DNA from: Candidatus Poribacteria bacterium
GTDB taxonomy: Bacteria; Poribacteria; WGA-4E; PCPOR2b
Assembly (NCBI GenBank): GCA_965116925.1
Contig: OZ220744.1
Span: 5,856,001 to 5,920,000, forward strand
DNA length: 64,000 nt
Direction: 5' to 3'
Below are positions 40,266 through 49,946 of the stretch, one piece after another. The position numbers were made by a program, and so were the translations under genes. Numbering within the stretch: the first letter of the stretch is position 1; the number at the start of each line of letters is the position of its first letter. The notes beneath the pieces were generated by a model. The model ran no database searches. It saw only the letters and a program-made list of their open reading frames with translations, and had not been told where the DNA came from.

Positions 40266-41249
40266 TTAATGCATCCCCAACTCATAGATACGTCGAACAA
40301 TCTCCTCAATCTCCGGCTCCGATATCGTTAAATCCTGAATCTCATAGCGTGCCGTCAATTGTGCGATGACTTCGGAGGCAGAAATGGTATCGCGATCAAA
40401 TGCAAGCCAGATACGATTGCCGTCGCGTCGGGTCAGATCTACACCCTCAAGTTGAATGTCGGGATACATCTGTGCAAGGTCAACGATGAGCATTCGAGTC
40501 TTCCCATAACGTTCTTTCAAAGCGTCGATCTCACCGTCATAGATGATCTTGCCGCTGTCAATGATGATCAGTCGCCGACAAACTTGCTCGACATCGTTGA
40601 GGTCATGCGTTGTGAGAATAACTGTGACTTGGCGTTCCGCGTTGACTTGCCTCAGAAACTGACGGACCTGCTCTTTGGCAACTACATCCAAGCCGATGGT
40701 CGGCTCATCTAGGTACAGGATTTCCGGGTTATGTAGCAGTGCCGCGGTCAGATCACACCGCATCCGTTGTCCGAGACTTAGTCTTCGCACCGGCGTGGAC
40801 AAAAATGGCTGTAATTGTAACATTTCACTGAAAAATTCGAGATTCTGTTTATACAGGTTTTGCGGGATTTCGTAGATATGCTTGAGCAGTTCAAAGGAGT
40901 CGATAACGGGCAGATCCCACCAGAGTTGGGTTCGTTGTCCAAACACCACGCCGATCCGGCGTGTATTTTCCCTTCGCTGGCGATATGGCGTCAACCCCAT
41001 CACATCAATATGTCCCGAAGTTGGCACAAGAATCCCCGTCAACATTTTGATGGTTGTCGATTTCCCCGCTCCGTTGGCACCGATGTATCCCACCAACTCT
41101 CCACGCTCAAGGGTGAAGTTCACATCATCAACTGCTTTGACAACATCGTGCTGGCGTGAAACTGTGCTGCTGAGATTTCCCCAAAACCCGGTGCGGCGTT
41201 TATGGACTTTGAAATGTTTGCTCAGATGTTCGACTGTGATAATCGGCAT
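40266..41249 (-). CDS. ABC transporter ATP-binding protein
   Basis: GANGAGKST, LSLGQRMR, LDEPTIGLD. Confidence 0.95.
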   Translation of the reverse strand: MPIITVEHLSKHFKVHKRRTGFWGNLSSTVSRQHDVVKAVDDVNFTLERGELVGYIGANGAGKSTTIKMLTGILVPTSGHIDVMGLTPYRQRRENTRRIGVVFGQRTQLWWDLPVIDSFELLKHIYEIPQNLYKQNLEFFSEMLQLQPFLSTPVRRLSLGQRMRCDLTAALLHNPEILYLDEPTIGLDVVAKEQVRQFLRQVNAERQVTVILTTHDLNDVEQVCRRLIIIDSGKIIYDGEIDALKERYGKTRMLIVDLAQMYPDIQLEGVDLTRRDGNRIWLAFDRDTISASEVIAQLTARYEIQDLTISEPEIEEIVRRIYELGMH

Positions 41250-41446
41250 TTTCGTCAGTGTCAGGTTATCAGGTTGAAAACTCTCGGAGCGGAGAGGTTA
41301 ATTTGTAGAAAGATAGAATTATTTGCATTAAGAGCGGGTTACAGTATACCATAATACCGCGTCAACAAAGTCCTCTTTTCATTGTTCGCAGCGCTGGTAT
41401 TCTCTGGAGTGGTAGGTTTATAGCACTTGGGCTGATAAATTATAGA

Positions 41447-41551
41447 GGCTCATGTTAAGAAATCGTGCAACAGAAACCCAGGGCAGAAGAAAGAAACCGA
41501 GTTTTGAAGAAAAAACTCGGTTTCTCTTTGCGCTTTCTTTTTACATGAGCT
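41447..41551. mobile_element. MITE-B with 8-bp target duplication
   Basis: GGCTCAT...ATGAGCT flanked by ATTATAGA on both sides. Confidence 0.87.
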
Positions 41552-41608
41552 ATTATAGATTGCTCTCCCTCTGAATTAAGTGGTAAAACAGTCGCGGAGC
41601 ACCATAAT

Positions 41609-42217
41609 ATGATGCAATTCACTGACACGCTCATCGAGTCTTATGAAAAACACGCCCATCGCAGGGAGTCTAGCACTACTGACGAGTTTAAGGAACGAGA
41701 ACGGTCAGAGTTTCTGAAACTCTTGAAGGTTGAACAACGAAAGACCCTCCTTGAAATTGGCTGCGGGCCCGGTCGAGATGCCCAGTTCTTTCAAAGTCAA
41801 GGGTTCCAAGTTCTTGCGGTGGACAACGCACCAACAATGGTGAGACTTACTGCAGAAAAGGGTGTCACCGCCCAAGTGTTGGATTGCTATGATCTCGATC
41901 AGATTGACGAAACCTTTGACGCGGTGTATACGCTGAATTGTCTTCTACACATACCAAAGAGGGATATCGGTCATATTTTCAGTCTGATCGCAGCTCGACT
42001 TAACGGAAATGGCTTAATGTATCTTGGACTTTGGGGCGGAGAAAATTTTGAAGGCATCTTAGAACAAGATACATACGAACCGAAGCGATTTTTCTCGTTT
42101 TGGGAACCGGAGAAACTCCTTGAAGGCGTACAACAATCATTCAGATTGGAATACTATCGTAAGTTAAACCCTCGTGAAGGCGTAACCTTCAATTCTATTA
42201 TCGTCCGTAAACGATAA
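41609..42217 (+). CDS. Class I SAM-dependent methyltransferase
   Basis: LEIGCGPG motif I; FDAVY..NCLLH. Confidence 0.88.
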   Translation: MMQFTDTLIESYEKHAHRRESSTTDEFKERERSEFLKLLKVEQRKTLLEIGCGPGRDAQFFQSQGFQVLAVDNAPTMVRLTAEKGVTAQVLDCYDLDQIDETFDAVYTLNCLLHIPKRDIGHIFSLIAARLNGNGLMYLGLWGGENFEGILEQDTYEPKRFFSFWEPEKLLEGVQQSFRLEYYRKLNPREGVTFNSIIVRKR

Positions 42218-42232
42218 TTTTTAGGATGGAAA

Positions 42233-43099
42233 ATGATCGAAATACAATCTCACAACGATGCAAACGAGCTCATCTCACTTTCAGGTGCCTACTTGGAATT
42301 GAATGAGGGTGAAAATAGTTTGCCGATTGGTCTAGCCTACAGGCTCGCTAAGAATCCTCGTTATTATGGATCCGAATCGCCGCTGCTGTTGAGTATTTTG
42401 GAGCAAGGTAGAGCCGTCGGTGTGGCAATTATGACACCACCTAGGAGACTCATCTTGAGCAGATTCGAGACAAGCATTGAAGTCGCTATGGCTCATCTTA
42501 CACGTTACCTACGTGGAATTGATACTCCAATACCGGGGGTTGCCGGGCCAGCGACCGAAGCCCAAGTCTTTTCCGATTGCTGGGTTGAGGGGATGCCTAA
42601 CGCATCGTCAAGAATCGCTGTGCGGCTGCGGATTTTTGAAGCGAGAACAGTGGCTGATGTACCGCTCTCTCCGGGGGAGTTACGCTTGGCGTGTATGGTT
42701 GATCACCCACTCATGACGCAATGGATTGTCGCCTTTTCAGAAACAATAGGCGAGCCTACGGATGTTGACAGTGCCAAAAGCACCGCCCAGCAGAACATCA
42801 AGGATAGACAACTATATATTTGGGATGATGGTGGGCCGGTCTCGATTGCTACTGAAACTCGCCCGATTAGAAATGGGACAACAATCAGCACGGTGTACAC
42901 GCCGCCGGAGCATCGCAGTAAGGGATATGCGACTTCATGTGTTTGGTCGTTGACAAAGAAACTGCTCTCAGGTCGCTACTCATTCTGTAATCTATATACC
43001 GATTTATCAAATCCAACCTCCAACAGTATCTACACCAAAATCGGATATGTGCCTTTGGGGGCTGCATTGTCATTCGATTTCGCCCCTTCAGCGCATTAA
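42233..43099 (+). CDS. GNAT acetyltransferase
   Basis: VYTPPEHRSKGYA, LYTDLSNPTSNSIYTKIGY. Confidence 0.9.
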   Translation: MIEIQSHNDANELISLSGAYLELNEGENSLPIGLAYRLAKNPRYYGSESPLLLSILEQGRAVGVAIMTPPRRLILSRFETSIEVAMAHLTRYLRGIDTPIPGVAGPATEAQVFSDCWVEGMPNASSRIAVRLRIFEARTVADVPLSPGELRLACMVDHPLMTQWIVAFSETIGEPTDVDSAKSTAQQNIKDRQLYIWDDGGPVSIATETRPIRNGTTISTVYTPPEHRSKGYATSCVWSLTKKLLSGRYSFCNLYTDLSNPTSNSIYTKIGYVPLGAALSFDFAPSAH

Positions 43100-43147
43100 A
43101 ACCGAACCGAACACCGTGTCCACCGCTGTGTGTTCTGGAGATAACCG

Positions 43148-43555
43148 ATGCAAGATTTCGACTATACGCTGACATGGTATCACGGCTCTCAGCAAGAGTT
43201 GACCAAACTTAGGGTCGGGAGTTCGATTACACAGAACAGAAATGTGGCAAAAGCTTTCTCACATAGCCCTTCACTGGTCACTCAGTCTGAGGGCGGTAGG
43301 GTCAAGCATGACGGCATAACGCCCGGTTATCTCTATACCGTTGCCGATGAGATTGATCCCGATGACGTGTATCCACATCCCCATCCCGTAAATGTTACTC
43401 GTTGGGAGTGGCTGACCAATCGAGAATTGAAACTGGAATTAATCGAACAAACTATCGTGACGGACGAGGAGCGTTTGACAGATCAAGAAATCACAGAGAT
43501 ACAGCGGAAACAGGAGGAAAGGGGCGAGAGGTCCTTCGTAGAGGAAGATGTTTGA
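43148..43555 (+). CDS. Hypothetical protein
   Basis: GGAG RBS; WYHGS N-terminal motif (seen in ADP-ribosyltransferase-like folds, unconfirmed). Confidence 0.65.
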   Translation: MQDFDYTLTWYHGSQQELTKLRVGSSITQNRNVAKAFSHSPSLVTQSEGGRVKHDGITPGYLYTVADEIDPDDVYPHPHPVNVTRWEWLTNRELKLELIEQTIVTDEERLTDQEITEIQRKQEERGERSFVEEDV

Positions 43556-43649
43556 TAAAAATACAGAGGCTCATATAAAAAGAAAGCACAAAGTACGAAG
43601 ATAAACCGAGCTTTGCGGAAAAAACTCGGTTTCTTTGCGCCAAATCTTA

Positions 43650-44536
43650 GAACCTGTTTGAAAAAGAAAAATCCTACTCAAAAGTTAATGTTTATGTTAA
43701 ATCATTGGTGCAGTAAAATACTGACCTAATGAAAGGCATACACATGACCTCAACGAAGTATCCTACTGATTTGACCGATGCCCAGTGGAACAACCTGTTC
43801 CCCTATTTGCCAGAACCTTCCCCCATAGGTAGACCTCTCAAATGGGAGATGCGCTCCATTATCAACGCTATTTTTTATATAGTCAAATCAGGGTGTCAGT
43901 GGCGAATGCTACCCCATCAAATGCCACCGTGGCAAACGGTCTATTCCCACTTCAGAAAGTGGCAAGCCGATGGCACATGGGTTATGATTCATCAAGCACT
44001 TCACCAGCAAACTCGTTGTGATATTGGCAAAGCACCCTCACCGACAGTAGCTATCATTGACAGCCAATCGGTCAAGACGACTGAACTGGCAGACACGAGA
44101 GGGTTTGATGCACATAAGAAAGTCAAAGGTCGTAAACGCCATATAGTCACTGATACCATTGGCATTCCATTGGGAATCAAGGTCACTGATGCCAATGTCA
44201 GTGATAATCGAGTCGCAATAGAGTTGCTAAAGGAAGTCTTTGATTGGCAGATAACGATTCAGTTAGTTTGTGCCGATGCTGGCTATCGCGGAGAATTAGG
44301 CGACTGGCTTTATTTGACGCATCAGTGTCAATTGGACATTGCCCCATCTTTTAGACAATCGGGGTTTGTGGTTGTTCCGTTGCGTTGGATTGTGGAACGC
44401 ACCTTTTCTTGGTTCGGGCGGTTTCGTCGACTGACTTTGGACTATGAACGCTCTGCTGAGACTGCTGAAGCTATGGTATACATTGCTTCTATTTACTTGA
44501 TGCAAAACCGTATCAAATGACTTTTAAAACAGGCTC
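43650..44536 (+). mobile_element. IS5-family element (IS1031-like), 887 bp
   Basis: TIRs GAACCTGTTTGAAAAAG / CTTTTAAAACAGGCTC; TTA target duplication. Confidence 0.9.
43744..44520 (+). CDS. IS5-family DDE transposase
   Basis: YPTDLTDAQW, GCQWRMLP, IDSQSVK, KGRKRH, ADAGY, RWIVERTFSW. Confidence 0.94.
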   Translation: MTSTKYPTDLTDAQWNNLFPYLPEPSPIGRPLKWEMRSIINAIFYIVKSGCQWRMLPHQMPPWQTVYSHFRKWQADGTWVMIHQALHQQTRCDIGKAPSPTVAIIDSQSVKTTELADTRGFDAHKKVKGRKRHIVTDTIGIPLGIKVTDANVSDNRVAIELLKEVFDWQITIQLVCADAGYRGELGDWLYLTHQCQLDIAPSFRQSGFVVVPLRWIVERTFSWFGRFRRLTLDYERSAETAEAMVYIASIYLMQNRIK

Positions 44537-44566
44537 TTAACATGAACGAATACAGATTGGAGAACG

Positions 44567-45448
44567 ATGAACGCTTGGAAAGAACATACCTTGCAGGTGA
44601 ACGGGCACGAAATGGCTTGGTTTGAGATCGGCACAGGACCGACCTTAGTTTGTCTTCACGGTAGTTGGGATCACCTGCTTTACCGTCCAATGGGAGAGCT
44701 ATTCGCCCAAAAATATAGATGTATCCTCTACGACCAACGCGGATCCGGTCAATCGAAACTGCTTGAGAGGGATGAGGACGCCATGGATATTAAGAAATTC
44801 ACCCAAGACCTCGACGCGCTTCGGGACCATTTGGGGTTGGATAAGATGGCACTGCTTGGGCATTCGTGGGGCAGCGGATTAGGGTTACTTTACGCCCAAG
44901 CGTATCCTGATCGCTTGTCCCATCTCATCTTAGTGGGGCCAGGACCACTCAATTCCGAAATGAGTAGCTGTTATCGCGCAAATAGAGATCGAATGGCATA
45001 CCCAACCTCGCCTGAAGAATTCGCAGCGATTCGGCGGTCATACGACGAAGCACGGTCTGAAACGGGTGTGGTTTCACGCGAGATTGACGAAGCCTTGATC
45101 CGGGTATGGGCTCGCGTCATATTCTATTCGCGTGAGACTGCGGGTCAGTTTATCGACTTCTATCTGAACTGTGGTGGCTATCTTAGACATGCTGAGTCAC
45201 CCACGAACTTCAGGCATGAAATGCAACTGGCAAACGCTGATAGGATTACCGCACCTACATTAGTTGTTTACGGATATCAGGACTATGAACCCATTACACA
45301 GGCATACTTAATCAAGGAGAGGATCCCTCAGACAGAGATTGCTTTTCTGAATGAGTGTGGACACGCGACTTGGGTGGATCAACCGGAGGAGTATTTCAAG
45401 GTCGTTGACACATTCTTATCAAAAGACAGCGTGAAACGTGATGCGTGA
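44567..45448 (+). CDS. Alpha/beta hydrolase
   Basis: YDQRGSGQS, GHSWG, CGH. Confidence 0.9.
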   Translation: MNAWKEHTLQVNGHEMAWFEIGTGPTLVCLHGSWDHLLYRPMGELFAQKYRCILYDQRGSGQSKLLERDEDAMDIKKFTQDLDALRDHLGLDKMALLGHSWGSGLGLLYAQAYPDRLSHLILVGPGPLNSEMSSCYRANRDRMAYPTSPEEFAAIRRSYDEARSETGVVSREIDEALIRVWARVIFYSRETAGQFIDFYLNCGGYLRHAESPTNFRHEMQLANADRITAPTLVVYGYQDYEPITQAYLIKERIPQTEIAFLNECGHATWVDQPEEYFKVVDTFLSKDSVKRDA

Positions 45449-45479
45449 AAACATTTTGTTCATTGGTTCATGAATGAAC

Positions 45480-45672
45480 TATGGTAGATTTTAGAATTAC
45501 TTGGGCACTGCCAATGGGCGAGGTTAGGAAACCTCGACTACCGGAGATGAAAAAATCTAGGCTACGACCCCGGTAGGTGCGGTTTGTAACCGCACCGCAT
45601 CGGCGCAGTTGGAAACAGCGCCTACCAAACACGGGGAGCGACAGTGTCTATTTATTTTTAGAATTCACTATA
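45480..45672. mobile_element. MITE-A copy with several REP-like palindromes
   Basis: TATGGTAGATTTTAGAATT...GAATTCACTATA; GTAGGTGCGGTTTGTAACCGCACC. Confidence 0.78.
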
Positions 45673-45684
45673 AAAGGAGTGGAG

Positions 45685-46590
45685 ATGAACATCGTTCAAT
45701 ATACCCCCAAATTGCAAAGCGTTTTGACGGCATTCTATAACCGTCAGACCGTCAATGTTCCGCACTGCTACCCGGTCAAGGAAGAAGAATTCGCCCTTGC
45801 GATGGTCGGGGTTACTACTGGTAAAGCTGACATACAGGAGGGTGGACTTGATTTTGAGACAGCCTTCGTTGCGATAGAGAACCGTGCTGTACAAGCGTTT
45901 ATTCACGTCGGTATCGGTCAGGTTGGAGCTAACAGGGAAATTCCTGTCGGCGTTATTCGGTTTTTGGGGTATGAGCGCGGTGCGCGGCGTGCCGGGCAAG
46001 CCGTGCTTGAAAAAGCGGAAGCCTATCTGAAAGCATATAACGTCGCCCGAATTTTTGCCTTTCCATATGGGTATCTGTATCGTTTCTATTATTTTGGAAG
46101 TGGTCACTTATCGGATGCGCTTGACCAAGTTCAGGCACTGCTTGGATTCAACGGTTACCATCGTAGTAGAGGTGAGGTCTTTTTGGATTGGGAGAACTAT
46201 TCTGTCACACCAACGCCTTCAAGCATGCCGGTAACGTTTTCTGTCGAATGGGAGCAGGGACGTGGGCAACTTCCAAACTGTACCGTAACTGCCTACCTAG
46301 ATGGCAAGGAGATTGGAGATTGCGACGCTGTCTCCGGCGGTCAGTTTTCAAGCCACCCCGATGCACAAGACTGGTTTTATACTGCTGCGATCGCTATCGA
46401 AGGTCCATTTCAAGGACGAGGTATTGGGCGTTATCTGCTCCAATACTCGCTTCAAGAGATGCGCAAAGTCGGATATCGTCACGCGGCGATTAGCACTGAC
46501 TGGGAGAACTACCGTGCATTCCTGTTTTACAGCAACTGTGGCTATCGCGCTGTAGATTGGACTTACAAATTAGAGAAACATTTCGATTAA
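45685..46590 (+). CDS. GNAT acetyltransferase (probably tandem domain)
   Basis: FQGRGIGRYLL, NYRAFLFYSNCGY; AGGAG RBS. Confidence 0.85.
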   Translation: MNIVQYTPKLQSVLTAFYNRQTVNVPHCYPVKEEEFALAMVGVTTGKADIQEGGLDFETAFVAIENRAVQAFIHVGIGQVGANREIPVGVIRFLGYERGARRAGQAVLEKAEAYLKAYNVARIFAFPYGYLYRFYYFGSGHLSDALDQVQALLGFNGYHRSRGEVFLDWENYSVTPTPSSMPVTFSVEWEQGRGQLPNCTVTAYLDGKEIGDCDAVSGGQFSSHPDAQDWFYTAAIAIEGPFQGRGIGRYLLQYSLQEMRKVGYRHAAISTDWENYRAFLFYSNCGYRAVDWTYKLEKHFD

Positions 46591-46615
46591 AGGTTCACAG
46601 CGCAAAGGTCTTGCC

Positions 46616-47500
46616 ATGGATGAAACCACTAAAATTGGAGCAGAGAACGTATACGATTTTCTTAAACAGTTCGCTGCAGATATCTCCCTAGCGGACCTGA
46701 AACCTGTATCCAATCATCACCGTGGCGGTGATAGTCTGACCTTTTACTATCGGAATAACAGTATCCTCAAGGTCCCCCGTTGTAACGACTCCCGCACAGG
46801 ACTCCTAAAAGAGGTCAAACTCACAGAATACCTGCATACACAGCCACTGCCCTTCGTTGTAGCAAAACCGATCACAGTACATGAAAAGGGGTTCTATGCG
46901 ATATTTTCAAGGATTAATGGTACTTCACTTTCGATAGAAGCATTTGAAGAGTTTACCCATAGAGAGTTGGAATCCTTTGGCAGATCTGTCGGCACCTTCC
47001 TCTCCTTTTTGCACAACCACAAATTTCCAGTTGAGGTCTTGAAATACATCCCACGTGCGGATGATCCCTTTGAAGTAGCACTTCACGAGGCAAGGCGACA
47101 ACTCGCTGTTATTGAGGCACATACTATAGAAGTAGACACAACCCAATGGACTGAAAAACTGGAAAGCTTATGCGAATCCTTAGATCAGCGGTGGGCTGTC
47201 GTGCACTGTGATCTCCAAATAAACCACCTACTTTTTGTCCGAGGAAATCTTGAACAGCTCGCGATTATCGACTTCGCAGATACGTTGATGCACGATCCCG
47301 CTGTAGACTTATCCGAGTTTGCTATAGAGATGTATTCAGATTTGCCCCCTGACGGTATCACAGCCAAAAAGATTGTCGATGCGGTTCTGAAGCATTATCA
47401 AACAGACGATCCTGCGATTGAAGCAAAAATTGAGTTCGGACTTCTCCTTTTTGCAATTAGCCGCGCCTACCAAGAGGCAATGAAACTTATCCGCCCATGA
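46616..47500 (+). CDS. Aminoglycoside phosphotransferase (APH)-family kinase
   Basis: ILKVP, HCDLQINH (Brenner-like), IIDFAD, DPAVDL. Confidence 0.82.
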   Translation: MDETTKIGAENVYDFLKQFAADISLADLKPVSNHHRGGDSLTFYYRNNSILKVPRCNDSRTGLLKEVKLTEYLHTQPLPFVVAKPITVHEKGFYAIFSRINGTSLSIEAFEEFTHRELESFGRSVGTFLSFLHNHKFPVEVLKYIPRADDPFEVALHEARRQLAVIEAHTIEVDTTQWTEKLESLCESLDQRWAVVHCDLQINHLLFVRGNLEQLAIIDFADTLMHDPAVDLSEFAIEMYSDLPPDGITAKKIVDAVLKHYQTDDPAIEAKIEFGLLLFAISRAYQEAMKLIRP

Positions 47501-47606
47501 ATTTCTCCGCTGCTATTTTTTCAAAGGTGGTATAATTAGACTTGAACCCTCTCAGGGCTATGGTCCGTTTGAGGTTGTCAAGCTACCATAGTCAATGAAG
47601 TTGCTA

Positions 47607-47981
47607 GGGCGTGTTGACATTTTGAAGCTGCTGATTCGGCAAACACTGTAATCATCAGGCAATCTGCCAAATGTAGCGCAAACTGTTAGTTTGCAGGCTG
47701 AGATCACAATCTAACAGATCGTGGTACAAAAGGAGATTGTAGGTCGAGATTCATATCTCGACAAAATACCCAGCGTGTCGCACCACAATCTTGGCTCAAT
47801 CACCTTGGAACATTGCACGCTGTTCTTAGGTATTGTCGATTTTGGAAAATCGACCTACAGCAGCAGTCCGAAATCGTTTCTGATGTGTAAGTAGAGGGTT
47901 GGGAAACCCACCCCCTACGAAGAATCATACGTCTGTGCGCTCTCCTTGATTGTCTAATTGCGATGACATGTCAACAGAACC
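47607..47981. mobile_element. MITE-C, non-coding, filled with REP-like doublets
   Basis: GGGCGTGTTGACAT / ATGTCAACAGAACC ends (11/14 match); TA on both flanks. Confidence 0.65.
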
Positions 47982-48019
47982 TAGATTTATACTTTTCTCT
48001 GATTCAGAAAGGAAATTCT

Positions 48020-49186
48020 ATGAAGATTAAAGAAATTCGCGTTGTAGAAATTGAGTTGAATCCGAACCCGACAACACCGCCACGGACACCGAGTCGAGCC
48101 AGTAAATATCCAATGAATCGACCCATTTCCCGTTACCCAACGTTCGACAAGAAAGTGGGGGATGCCTCCTTAGAATGGAAAAGACCCGCATGTATTGTGA
48201 CAGCGGAAGATGGTACTTGGGGGTTCGGTATTTCACTTCATGGCGGTCCAGTGACTCGAATCATCACGGATTACTTTGCTCCACGTCTCGTTGGCGAAAA
48301 CTGTATGGCGACAGAGAAACTGTGGGATATGATGGTGCGATCATCAACCGCCTTTGGTGCAACCGGTTTGATCAGCTATGCGATCAGCGCGGTCGATTGC
48401 GCCCTGTGGGATCTCAAAGGCAAGATTTTGAAGAGACCTGTTTACGAATTGTTAGGGGGACCGCAGAAGGAGAAAATTTTCTGCTACGCCTCCGGTTTTG
48501 ATCAGGAATGGTATATGGAACTTGGATTCAAAGCGACAAAATTATTCACACCTTACGGTCCGGTGCACGGGAAGGAAGGCTTAATCAAACTCGAAGAATT
48601 GGTGGCGAGCACGCGAGAAGTGATTGGCGATAAAGTTGAATTGATGTTGGATGCGTGGACCGGCTTTGACGTTGAACATACCGTGCGTGTCTGCGAGCTC
48701 ATGAAACCCTACGACTTGAAGTGGATGGAAGACTACATTTCCCCCGAAGATTTTGTAGGCTACGAAACCTTGCGTCAACGCATTCCTTGGCAAACACTCG
48801 CTACGGGAGAACATTGGTATCTGCCAACCGTTTTTGCCGCTGCTGCGGGTCGGCGGTTGGTCGACATCTTCCAGCCAGACGTATTGTGGTGTGGTGGTAT
48901 TACTGCTGCAGCCAAAATCTGTCACATCGCTGAGGCAAACGGTATCTCTGTGATTGCACACGGTGGAATGAATTATCCCTACGGTCAACATCTGTCGTTT
49001 GCCATGCCCGCTATCACATGGGGTGAACGGTCGGAGGGTATCTCTGCGCCCGGTGTGCCGCTTGAAGAGATGGTTAAGTTGCCCGGTACTCCAGTCATCA
49101 AAGATGGCTACCTCGTACCATCGGATGCCCCCGGTTTCGGTCTTGAAATTGATGAGGCTTGGATTGAGAGTGTAAGTACAGTGTGA
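48020..49186 (+). CDS. L-rhamnonate dehydratase-like enolase-superfamily enzyme (intron host)
   Basis: AISAVDCALWDLKGK, LMLDAW, WMED, ATGEH, QPD; unspliced stop TGA at 49184-49186, spliced stop TAG at 51537-51539. Confidence 0.88.
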   Translation: MKIKEIRVVEIELNPNPTTPPRTPSRASKYPMNRPISRYPTFDKKVGDASLEWKRPACIVTAEDGTWGFGISLHGGPVTRIITDYFAPRLVGENCMATEKLWDMMVRSSTAFGATGLISYAISAVDCALWDLKGKILKRPVYELLGGPQKEKIFCYASGFDQEWYMELGFKATKLFTPYGPVHGKEGLIKLEELVASTREVIGDKVELMLDAWTGFDVEHTVRVCELMKPYDLKWMEDYISPEDFVGYETLRQRIPWQTLATGEHWYLPTVFAAAAGRRLVDIFQPDVLWCGGITAAAKICHIAEANGISVIAHGGMNYPYGQHLSFAMPAITWGERSEGISAPGVPLEEMVKLPGTPVIKDGYLVPSDAPGFGLEIDEAWIESVSTV

Positions 49187-49312
49187 TTTTGCGTAGGGTT
49201 ATACATCGTCGGTAAGATAGGCGAATCTGAATCGTTAGATCGTAATTTCCCCCAAGATATTGTATACTGTAATGTTCCACGCTACAAAATACGATAGAAA
49301 GGGGAAATTACG

Positions 49313-49438
49313 ATGAGCACCATAAGCGTAAATGTTCCAGAGAAACTTTGGCGTGAGTATGAAGCGTATATATGTTTCAGTCGGTCAAGGGGTCAGTATT
49401 ATCCAACCTTTTGGTATTGGCTGAACTACATACGCTAA
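49313..49438 (+). CDS. 41-aa ORF within intron domain I, RHH-like N-terminus
   Basis: AAAGGGG RBS; MSTISVNVPEKLWREYEAY...; followed by a hairpin at 49451-49484. Confidence 0.45.
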   Translation: MSTISVNVPEKLWREYEAYICFSRSRGQYYPTFWYWLNYIR

Positions 49439-49946
49439 ACACTCAACCAGTATACACTTGGCAGAAATATATTGTCAAGTGTATGCCCAATTAAACCCGA
49501 CTCGGCGAACTTGCCGCCGTATACCTCACCCTAGCTGCGTCGCTGGAAACGGCGGGGTGGCAAACAAGGGAAAATGGCGCACGGACTGGAATGAATACAG
49601 ATACTCTAAATTGCCACGTCAGGTAAGCATGGTATGGTTAAAACGAAAGTTGAACTGCCGTAAGCTTCGTCAACTCTAACGGGTAAATCTGCGAGTGAAT
49701 GCCCTGAGAGGTGCATTCAGTAATCAGCCCGTAACCAAAATGGTAAGAGGTTAGAACGCTCACTTTATTCTTGAGCGTCATGATAAGGGTTTTTGTACTT
49801 AGCCTTTATTAGCAAGTCACAATTCCTTTGGGGTAAAGACAGAACCTAACCTATGCGTATATATATAGCGTGAGAGCGAAATAGTCCCTAAGTTGTCTCA
49901 TGCATCCAGCGCACACTGTCGAACCAGTATGCGCTGGTGTACGAAC

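Larger units (their letters stand above)
43568..44548. mobile_element. MITE-B split by the IS5 insertion
   Basis: Left part 43568-43649, right end 44540-44548; AATACAGA duplicated on both outer flanks. Confidence 0.83.

Noticed and set aside
45577..45684. Upstream extensions of the ORFs at 45577, 31368 and 47963
   Set aside because: They run through MITE ends (shared SVYLF.EFTI in two of them); downstream RBS-supported ATGs exist.
49495..49545. Alternative intron 5' ends (ACCCGACTCG or CTGCGTCG)
   Set aside because: Not GUGYG and no IBS1 upstream; 49181 satisfies GUGYG, EBS1-IBS1 and the DI basal stem.
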